Shown piece by piece: positions 55,979 through 63,325 of a DNA stretch of 64,000 nucleotides. The DNA comes from a virus (taxonomy: Duplodnaviria > Caudoviricetes). Under the pieces are notes generated by a model. That model searched no databases. It was not told the DNA's origin and saw only the letters and a program-made list of their open reading frames with translations. Within the stretch, counting starts at the first letter, position 1; each line of letters begins with the position of its first letter. The translations under genes and the position numbers were made by a program. Location of the stretch: IMG/VR virus record IMGVR_UViG_3300040811_001959; one strand, given 5' to 3'.

Positions 55979-58145
55979 AAGGATTTAGTTGGACATTAAT
56001 ATTTTTTGAAATTTTAAGTCTTGCACTAGAGACATAATCTTTTACATTAATATCATCTTCTTGCAAGATATTTTCAAGAATATCTTCTGCACTTTCGAAG
56101 TAAGTATCTTTAGGATAGAATATTCCTATTCTACTTATGTAATGATTTGTACCTTGTTTATTTGTGTATGTTCCTTCGGGATAATAAAATGCATTTTGTT
56201 TATTAAACATAAATTCATGTCCACCTGCAATATAATATAAGAATACTTCCCGAGTAACAGAATGTCGAGAGATCTTAGTATTTCCAGCAGTTTCTATATT
56301 AGCATCATAAGTTGTAGTGTATTTTAACAGAATACCTTTTGTAAAATAATCAATCCAACTATATTTTGTTGTAAAATTAGTTGTAAATTCAGTTTGTTCT
56401 CCGTCAATAAGAATATTTTTATTAAATTGTATAAGGTCTAACAATAACTCTTTATCTACTTGTTTATAAGTTTCTAAGAAAAACTTTGTAATTTGTTCGT
56501 AAAAATGATTTTTTCTTTCTTTTGTGCCATGTAAAAATAACCAAGCATTTGAATATCTGTGAAATTTTAATTTGTCTTTTTGATAAGGAAACCAAAGAGG
56601 TACATTTTTTTGTCTATCACGAACAGCATCTTCTTTACTTGCTAACAAAGTATCAAAAAAATCTTTATCGCCTTTTGTTTGGAACCAGTAAATAATTTTT
56701 TCAATCATATCGCATGCTTCGATATTATACTCATTTTGTAAATATCTTCCTACATAAAATATTGTTCTGCCTAACCATAATATTTGAATTAAATCACGTA
56801 CATGTCTAATATATCTCATATCCTCTCTTGTTATTGTACTTGTACTTCCAATAATATAAGCAAATTCTTTTTCATCTTGATATGGACTAGGTCCTTGTTC
56901 AAATTCGTCCCATTCTAAATTGTAAATAGTTTCATGTTTTTTTAAACTTATTTCACTGTTTTCTAACCATGCTAATTTGTAAACATTTATTTCTAGTGGA
57001 TTAAATTTTAACAATTTGCTCATTCCTTGTAGAAAACTTTCTTTTGTTTCTAACGGCATTCCCATAATCATTTCATGGTAATAAGGTAATCCCTTTTTTG
57101 TAAAGTTTTGTGCAATCCATTCAAAATCTTTTGTAATACTAAGGTTATCTCTTCTAATTGCTTGTAATGTAGGAGTATGCAAACTTTGTAAACTAAAAGT
57201 TGCTCCACTTCTACTAAAATCAAATTTTTCTAATATTTCTGCAATACGCAGGACTCTTTCTTTATTATTTTTTGCATAGGTAATTGCTGTTGTATGTAAC
57301 TTAGGATTAGGATGATTTAATTTTGCTTTAATTAAATATTTTGCAATATCTAAATCTCTATGTAATATACCAAAATTTGCATCTGATAACATTATTTCGT
57401 GTACATTTCCTACATACCAATCAATTTCGTCTTTAATACGTTTCATGCTAAATCGTCTTAATTTTTCTTCTAGTCCCCAATCACAGAATGTGCAAGTATA
57501 AGGACAACCTCTATTAGTTTCTAATACACCTTGTATTTGTATATCTTTAGGTAATTGTGCAATTAAATCATCATATAGTCCCAATGCACAAGCACTAGGA
57601 TAATCTAGTTCTGCTTTATGATTTAAATATCTCCTTATAGACTGCTTGCTAATAATTTTTCCATTTGCAGTTTTAGTAAAACAGTCATTAAAATAATGTG
57701 ACTTGTATATTGTCTTTTCGGCAAGTATTTCTCTTAGTATCATTTCTAATGCTACTTCGCCTTCGCTGTTAACGTAATATTCAAACTGTGGATTATCTGA
57801 TACAAATTTTTCAAAACGTTTAGGGTCTTGCGGAACTTCATTTCCGCCTACGATTATTTTTACATTAGGATATTTTTCTTTTATTGCTTTTGTAAGTTTT
57901 ATAGACCGGTTTTTATTCCACATATATAAGCTAACAAGAATCACATCAGGCGCACCTTTATGGTCAATTTCTGTAAGTAATTCCATAACACTTGTTTCAG
58001 GTTTATGATACGTTGCCCACCCTGTAAAATTAATATTTCTATACACATCATCTACCGTAGATATGTAACTTAATAGCGTTCCAATACTTACAGGTAAAGT
58101 AACGGTGTAGTGAGCACTTAGTTGAATACCAAAAACGTTAAGCAA
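55962..58145 (-). CDS. Cobalamin (B12)-binding radical SAM protein, class B methyltransferase-like architecture
   Basis: B12 domain VILVSLYMWN...IIVGGNEV...EGE; LETNRGCPYTCTFCDWG; LSDANFG; FSLQS. TTG start with GGAG 6 nt upstream. Confidence 0.88.
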   Translation of the reverse strand: MLNVFGIQLSAHYTVTLPVSIGTLLSYISTVDDVYRNINFTGWATYHKPETSVMELLTEIDHKGAPDVILVSLYMWNKNRSIKLTKAIKEKYPNVKIIVGGNEVPQDPKRFEKFVSDNPQFEYYVNSEGEVALEMILREILAEKTIYKSHYFNDCFTKTANGKIISKQSIRRYLNHKAELDYPSACALGLYDDLIAQLPKDIQIQGVLETNRGCPYTCTFCDWGLEEKLRRFSMKRIKDEIDWYVGNVHEIMLSDANFGILHRDLDIAKYLIKAKLNHPNPKLHTTAITYAKNNKERVLRIAEILEKFDFSRSGATFSLQSLHTPTLQAIRRDNLSITKDFEWIAQNFTKKGLPYYHEMIMGMPLETKESFLQGMSKLLKFNPLEINVYKLAWLENSEISLKKHETIYNLEWDEFEQGPSPYQDEKEFAYIIGSTSTITREDMRYIRHVRDLIQILWLGRTIFYVGRYLQNEYNIEACDMIEKIIYWFQTKGDKDFFDTLLASKEDAVRDRQKNVPLWFPYQKDKLKFHRYSNAWLFLHGTKERKNHFYEQITKFFLETYKQVDKELLLDLIQFNKNILIDGEQTEFTTNFTTKYSWIDYFTKGILLKYTTTYDANIETAGNTKISRHSVTREVFLYYIAGGHEFMFNKQNAFYYPEGTYTNKQGTNHYISRIGIFYPKDTYFESAEDILENILQEDDINVKDYVSSARLKISKNINVQLNPFKASA

Positions 58146-58671
58146 AAAATTCTCCGTTACAATATTTTTTGTATACTTCTTTATATGATTCTTTTAAGTC
58201 AAATTGTAAACTATATCTATTATATTCTTTATTGCAAACAGCATGCAAAACTTTGGCGTCAAATACAATTACCTTACCTGTATAATCTATATCAAACCAT
58301 TCTGATTTATCATTATGATAAAATTTAATTGGCTCGTATACCTCATTAGTATATATAGGAAAGATTACAGCAGTATAGCGTTCTGTATCTCTATGGATAG
58401 TAGGCCCATTATATGGAGGAAATTTTAATAGTTGAGTTGTTGTGTAATCAAGGTAAGGAAAATTTAGACTTTTACGTATTGTTTTTATAGGTTCTTTATT
58501 TTGTAAATCCGCATAATACCTATATGTTACACCAGTAAAGTTATCAATAGTGTATTTCGTTTCATCCCATCTGGGCGGAATATAACTATCCCAGTTGCCA
58601 ATATTATAAACTATGTTAGCTAATTTTTTAATATCATAATTAAATTCAAATGTAAAACATACTTTATTCAT
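58138..58671 (-). CDS. Small Fe(II)/2OG-type DSBH oxygenase-like protein
   Basis: LKFPPYNGPTIHRD (HxD)...AVIFP...VFDAKVLHAVCN..R.SLQ. Confidence 0.62.
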   Translation of the reverse strand: MNKVCFTFEFNYDIKKLANIVYNIGNWDSYIPPRWDETKYTIDNFTGVTYRYYADLQNKEPIKTIRKSLNFPYLDYTTTQLLKFPPYNGPTIHRDTERYTAVIFPIYTNEVYEPIKFYHNDKSEWFDIDYTGKVIVFDAKVLHAVCNKEYNRYSLQFDLKESYKEVYKKYCNGEFFA

Positions 58672-59395
58672 TAAAAACTACTTCAATCGTTTTTTGGGTT
58701 GCTTCTTCATTATATTTACAATAAACTCCACGTTCTTTTTTATAATTGAGTGTATTTTTGTGCCATGTATCTATACCAGGTTTACTAAAACTATGATGAG
58801 TTTCAGGCCATATGGTTATTTTACAATTTGTTAATTTTTGATAATCTAAATCATAAAAAGCTGGAGTCCAATTATCTAATTCTCCTACAAATATATGAAC
58901 ATTGTGATTGCGTATTTGATATATTTCTTGCGGTAATACAGTTGGTTTTAAACCTGGATACAAACAATAACTGTTATTCCAATAATTAGGATTATCATTT
59001 TGTTGTAGCCATAATGCTGCTGTACCACCATCTGAAAACCCTACTGCTTTACTATTAGTTATATCTGCGAAAGGTATAATTTTTTGTTTATTGAGAAGGT
59101 ATTCGTATGTCTTTATTTGATCCTTAGCACGTTGTTCTGGATCAACTCTAAATTCTTCCATACTTTCCCAGTTTTGTTTGTATATGCCTCTGTTGCTATA
59201 ACTGTCAACAATAATAACTGTATAATCTAATTTAAATGCATGGTTAATCCATAAATCTTCATTACTACTAATTCCTCCACTGCCGTGTATCAACCAAACG
59301 CAAGGTTGTTTTTTAATATTTTGATTATTTGTTTTAATCATAACAGCAATATCATCAATGGAAAAAAAAGAGGTTTTACAAACTGTTACAGTCAT
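58664..59395 (-). CDS. Dienelactone-hydrolase-like alpha/beta hydrolase
   Basis: LIHGSGG, GFSDGG (GxSxG nucleophile elbow), GELDNWTP (acid), HHSF (His). Start moved to 59395, giving an ATGA overlap with the upstream gene. Confidence 0.75.
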   Translation of the reverse strand: MTVTVCKTSFFSIDDIAVMIKTNNQNIKKQPCVWLIHGSGGISSNEDLWINHAFKLDYTVIIVDSYSNRGIYKQNWESMEEFRVDPEQRAKDQIKTYEYLLNKQKIIPFADITNSKAVGFSDGGTAALWLQQNDNPNYWNNSYCLYPGLKPTVLPQEIYQIRNHNVHIFVGELDNWTPAFYDLDYQKLTNCKITIWPETHHSFSKPGIDTWHKNTLNYKKERGVYCKYNEEATQKTIEVVFNE

Positions 59396-59853
59396 TTTAG
59401 TCTCATTACATATTGATATTCGCCATAATGCATTAGATCGTGCGTGACAGTCCAATTATATTCGCTTTTTTTTGCAAAATATTCAAATAATTTTGGATTG
59501 AATTCTCTACTAAGCCATATGTCTTTGTAGCCCAATGACTGTGCATATTTTACACTTTGGGATAATGTTTCTAAACCTCTAGCTAAATCATCGCTTTTAG
59601 ATCCAAAGTTATATGCTCTATCTCTAGTATGCCTACTCATTATTCTAATAGACCCATTGTATTGCGGACGTTCTATACCTGCACTATAATAAATCATTTT
59701 ATTATTATCATACCCCATTCTAGCAAATTTCGTATGTTCAAAAAGAGGTCTTTCTAAATAATTACTTGCTAACTTATGATCTGCGTTTTTAGAAAATAAT
59801 TCTTTAATTTTATTTATATGCAATTCTATCGGTTCTAAGTGCCATGTAATCAT
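59392..59853 (-). CDS. Possible GNAT-fold acyltransferase
   Basis: IRIMSRH...GLETLSQSVKYAQSLGYKDIWLSRE resembles GNAT motifs A/B. Start moved to 59853 (ATGA overlap). Confidence 0.4.
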   Translation of the reverse strand: MITWHLEPIELHINKIKELFSKNADHKLASNYLERPLFEHTKFARMGYDNNKMIYYSAGIERPQYNGSIRIMSRHTRDRAYNFGSKSDDLARGLETLSQSVKYAQSLGYKDIWLSREFNPKLFEYFAKKSEYNWTVTHDLMHYGEYQYVMRLK

Positions 59854-60461
59854 AGGTCTTGAATGTCTTCTACACCATTTAAGCTCCACATAAGAGCAAC
59901 TCGAGGGTTGTTACTCATGTTAATTACAGCATGTGGATATCCAATGTTAAGGAAATAAGCATTACCGTTTTCTAGATTATATGCTTCTAATTTCTCTTCA
60001 CGTTTAAATAAATTAATAACTTGCTTATCTCCGTAAATAGGTACAATACATCTGACAGCATAATTTACATTATAATCAACATGGAATGGAATATTTTTTC
60101 CTGGAGCAAGTTTTGTTATTCTAATTCTGCTTGCTGGTGCTTTAAATTGTGTAATTATTTTTTCGAAATAACTGCCTTTGTAATCTTGTGTAGGAACATT
60201 ATATAAATGTTCCTCCTTACGTATTAGTCTTTCTTTAATACTAGTAGTATAAGGTAATACCTCACTAGGTGTAGTTAAATTAATTTGTTCGAAGTTGTCA
60301 TAAACATGATCAACTAATTCCATATGATTATCGCATAGCATTGGATTTGCTGTTCTTACATCCACAAATTTTTCTGCGATGTTGTTAAAAGCAGTTTGTA
60401 ATTTTTGTAAATCAATATTTAAATTATATTTATGAATACTAGGTAAGCATTTTTTGTTCAT
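59850..60461 (-). CDS. AspH/LpxO-family 2OG oxygenase
   Basis: RIRITKLAPGKNIPFHVD...RCIVPI...YFLNIGYPHAVINMS..PRVALM. Start moved to ATG 60461 (AGGA 7 nt upstream). Confidence 0.8.
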   Translation of the reverse strand: MNKKCLPSIHKYNLNIDLQKLQTAFNNIAEKFVDVRTANPMLCDNHMELVDHVYDNFEQINLTTPSEVLPYTTSIKERLIRKEEHLYNVPTQDYKGSYFEKIITQFKAPASRIRITKLAPGKNIPFHVDYNVNYAVRCIVPIYGDKQVINLFKREEKLEAYNLENGNAYFLNIGYPHAVINMSNNPRVALMWSLNGVEDIQDL

Positions 60462-61230
60462 TATATATTCCTGATAAACAGAGTCTTGCTGTGGTTCCGC
60501 TACGTCTAAATTTTTTATACTCTTCTCTAGTGCTTGTAGCAAGCCAAACACTATCACTAGGAACAATTTCTAATTCTTTACAAATAGTTTTTTGTCTATT
60601 ATTTAATAAATTATATACAAAGTCAACATCAAAATTTTTGATAATAGCTTCACTAACTTTATTCGCAAAATAGTTATAATACTTTGCACTATGTATTAAA
60701 GTATCTAATTTAAGATCTTTTTGTTTTGTAAATATCCAACCAGTTCTTATATTTCTAATCCCAAATGGTTTAGAAAAACTATAAAATACATATTCAACAT
60801 TTTTAGGCAAGTTTATTTTTTTTATTTTAGTACTACCAATGTATGCTAAATCTACTACAGTAGGCGTGTTCTCAGGAATGTTTATAAAATTTCCATTTAT
60901 TGCACTTGGAACACTTATGTACTTAATACATTTATCGTACTTATCTCCTTTAGGTTGTATCCATTGATAATCTCCTTTGTCCATGTAGACAGTCCGGTTA
61001 TCTTGATAATACCACCAATTTAAGCCTTCAGTTATCCCGTTCATTGGATAAACATAAAAGTCTTTTAAATTTACTATAGGTTGCAACCAATCAATAATAT
61101 TTGTTTTATATTTGTCTACACCATCAAAGTCTGGTTTAATTTTTTCTATAACTTTCTTTACTTCGGGTAAAACATTTGTTCTTACTGCAAGACTTTGTGC
61201 ATGTAATACATTATTATAATGAATAGTCAT
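60439..61230 (-). CDS. PLP-dependent fold-type I enzyme (class I/II aminotransferase, HisC/CobD-like), short
   Basis: NGITEG, GDYQW, SVPSAINGN, VVDLAY (PLP-Asp), YSFSKPFG..NIRTGW (Schiff-base Lys). Confidence 0.72.
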   Translation of the reverse strand: MTIHYNNVLHAQSLAVRTNVLPEVKKVIEKIKPDFDGVDKYKTNIIDWLQPIVNLKDFYVYPMNGITEGLNWWYYQDNRTVYMDKGDYQWIQPKGDKYDKCIKYISVPSAINGNFINIPENTPTVVDLAYIGSTKIKKINLPKNVEYVFYSFSKPFGIRNIRTGWIFTKQKDLKLDTLIHSAKYYNYFANKVSEAIIKNFDVDFVYNLLNNRQKTICKELEIVPSDSVWLATSTREEYKKFRRSGTTARLCLSGIYNEQKMLT

Positions 61231-62191
61231 AGTGAACTCTATCTTGGGTTTTATACCAAAATGTTGCTCTTAATAATTCTCTTTCTACGTGATCTGGAAC
61301 ACCGTGGTCTCTACGGTGAACACCAGTTAATTGATCTGCTATAACAATATCAGTCTCTTGCCATTCGTGTATATAGTGATACTTAGTGTCTATTAATAAA
61401 TCTTGTTTTAATTTATTGTAAATTTCTAAAGCATCGTCTACAGGATTATAATTTTCGTCAACAATATTTTCTATATTTATGTAATTAAAAAATAATCCTA
61501 CTGCACCAATAGGATGTCTTGGCGATAATCTATTGTATCCTTCGAATTGGTACCTTCCTTTTTTGTATAAGTGACTATTAGCAGGATCAAAATTTACTGC
61601 ATTATGTATGGATTGTGTTTTCGCATTTTCATTTATTTGATGATTTAAATTATGTTCTAATGTATCTTTTGCTGCTTTGCCTGCTAGTGCAAGTCCCGTT
61701 CCTGCTCTGTGTAAATTAATAGCTCTTTTTTCAAATGTTTTATTTTCATCATATGTCCATTTCGTATATAAAGTTTTATAACGTTTTTGTAAATCTTTTG
61801 GCAGTGTTTTAAAGTACGGTATGGTATTAGAATATGTAGTAGGACTGCATTCTTTTTGGTCGATCGGAATCTTATGACCGTATATACTTACAACTTCGTG
61901 ACTGTCTTGTGTATATAATATATTTGAATGCCAGTCTATATCATGCTTGCCAAATAAACCTTTATGCCCGTGCTCGTCAACTGCCTGATTATTTACACGC
62001 CAAAAAATTGGAAATTCTTTATAAGCACACCAAACTTTAGGGTGTTGATGATAACCTACATCTAATAAAAAGTTATTGTATTGTGACAAACTCATACCGT
62101 GGTCTCGCATTACAACAATACCAACATCTTTTAATAGTTTAACAATTTTTTCTCTATCTGTACTTTTTGTAAATGCTACTACTTCGCTCAT
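61214..62191 (-). CDS. TauD/TfdA-family dioxygenase with atypical HxN metal motif
   Basis: GIVVMRD, GLFG..DIDWHSN, YFKTLP..L, HEWQETDIVIADQ...VHRR...RELLR. Confidence 0.75.
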   Translation of the reverse strand: MSEVVAFTKSTDREKIVKLLKDVGIVVMRDHGMSLSQYNNFLLDVGYHQHPKVWCAYKEFPIFWRVNNQAVDEHGHKGLFGKHDIDWHSNILYTQDSHEVVSIYGHKIPIDQKECSPTTYSNTIPYFKTLPKDLQKRYKTLYTKWTYDENKTFEKRAINLHRAGTGLALAGKAAKDTLEHNLNHQINENAKTQSIHNAVNFDPANSHLYKKGRYQFEGYNRLSPRHPIGAVGLFFNYINIENIVDENYNPVDDALEIYNKLKQDLLIDTKYHYIHEWQETDIVIADQLTGVHRRDHGVPDHVERELLRATFWYKTQDRVHYDYSL

Positions 62192-62710
62192 CTAATTCTC
62201 TAATAAATATTCTATATTTTGTTTAAATTGAATAGTACAACTTACTCTTGGATAGTTATCATGGTTCATGCATACTTGATGCGGTTCTAATACACGCATT
62301 GCAACCGCTTTGTTTAAAACAAAGTAATCCACTTCTTCTAAATTATTAGTATCTAATTCGTAAGCTGTGACACCGTTTGATTGTTTTATCTTACTTACCT
62401 TACCTGTATTTTTGTAATATTTTGTTACAGTATCATTACAATTCATAATAGGAAAGGTTATACGAACAGGTTTTTGGTCAGTGTCTATATGTACATTTCC
62501 CTGACGTGTATGCGAAACGAATATACCTGCAAATTCAATATCCCATTCGAATAGATTTTTGACTTGTGGAAAGTTTTCTAAAAGATAATCTGTAGCAAGT
62601 CTCCAATTTCCCTCACCTTTTTTAATCAGATGCGGATTTTCTAGCAGGTATTTTTTAATATCTTCTGCTAAATTTTTGTACTTTATGTCTAGATATTTGT
62701 AATATATCAT
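62192..62710 (-). CDS. Small Fe(II)/2OG-type DSBH oxygenase-like protein
   Basis: GNVHIDTD (HxD), RITFPIMNC, MRVLEPHQV....RVSCTI. Confidence 0.65.
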   Translation of the reverse strand: MIYYKYLDIKYKNLAEDIKKYLLENPHLIKKGEGNWRLATDYLLENFPQVKNLFEWDIEFAGIFVSHTRQGNVHIDTDQKPVRITFPIMNCNDTVTKYYKNTGKVSKIKQSNGVTAYELDTNNLEEVDYFVLNKAVAMRVLEPHQVCMNHDNYPRVSCTIQFKQNIEYLLEN

Positions 62711-63282
62711 ATAATATTTACTTTGTGATGGTCTTTATGATTGCCTTCCCAAGGAGCAATAAAATTTAGCCATATGTTATTGATAGGACCTTCTGCATTG
62801 TGACCCCATAAATTTAATGCACCAAACCCAATATAAGAAAGTAAATAAATTATGCCTAAAACAACAAATGCTTCAATGCCAAAGAGAAATGTAAATAGTA
62901 GTAAGCTTGTCCAATACAAAACATGTCTATGTTTGTGAAAAAACATAACCCTTGGATTTCTAAGCATATCGTTTAAAAATCTACGTGGAATATGGTCAAC
63001 ATGCCATAAACTAAAAAGTATTACATACCAAGAGTGTAAATTCTTGTTGTGCGGGTCTAAATCTGTATCACTGTATGTATGATGCATACGGTGAATTCCT
63101 ACCCATGTTAGTGGCGATCTGCCACCACATAGTAAACCACAATATAAAATTACTATTTCTTGCCAAGGTTTTGCATAGAATTCATGATGAGAAAAGTAAC
63201 GATGATATCCATATGTAATACCAATTGAAACAATTAGGATATACATTACATAAGCAAATAATATTAAGTATAAAATTTCCAT
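62707..63282 (-). CDS. Membrane fatty-acid desaturase (delta-9-like), compact
   Basis: His boxes GYHRYFSH, HRMHH(TYSD..DPH) and EGNHKDHH; hydrophobic segments at the N-terminus and before box 3. Confidence 0.85.
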   Translation of the reverse strand: MEILYLILFAYVMYILIVSIGITYGYHRYFSHHEFYAKPWQEIVILYCGLLCGGRSPLTWVGIHRMHHTYSDTDLDPHNKNLHSWYVILFSLWHVDHIPRRFLNDMLRNPRVMFFHKHRHVLYWTSLLLFTFLFGIEAFVVLGIIYLLSYIGFGALNLWGHNAEGPINNIWLNFIAPWEGNHKDHHKVNII

Positions 63283-63287
63283 ACAAA

Positions 63288-63320
63288 TATTTATTTGTAT
63301 TATGTGAGTAGTTACTTATT
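63288..63320 (-). promoter_or_regulatory. Two late-promoter-like motifs (AATAAGTA at 63320-63313, AATAAATA at 63295-63288) heading the minus-strand operon
   Basis: Minus strand reads cAATAAGTAactactcacataatacaAATAAATAtttgtATG. The CAAATAAATA 10-mer is identical to that at 3521-3530. Confidence 0.45.
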
Positions 63321-63325
63321 GCTGA

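Noticed and set aside
272-60673. About 35 short ORFs in the track lying antisense or out of frame inside long genes (e.g. 364-636, 1614-1871, 24654-25223, 52130-52426, 60021-60206)
   Set aside because: All are fully nested in well-supported CDSs, have no motifs or RBS, and show the Phe/Leu/Ile/Ser-rich composition expected of shadow frames.
53055-61230. Cobamide remodelling module (BluB-like nitroreductase plus CobD-like PLP enzyme plus B12-rSAM)
   Set aside because: The motifs are only superfamily-level, the genes are in different operons, and no other cob/cbi genes are present.
31200-63282. DNA base hypermodification cluster
   Set aside because: GTs, rSAM, PLP and 2OG enzymes occur in such loci, but I saw no hallmark entry enzyme (dNMP hydroxymethylase/thymidylate synthase homolog, TET/JBP, C5-methyltransferase, aGPT-Pplase, DpdA/Que genes). 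The locus also sits among late structural genes. It remains an alternative until nucleosides are analysed.
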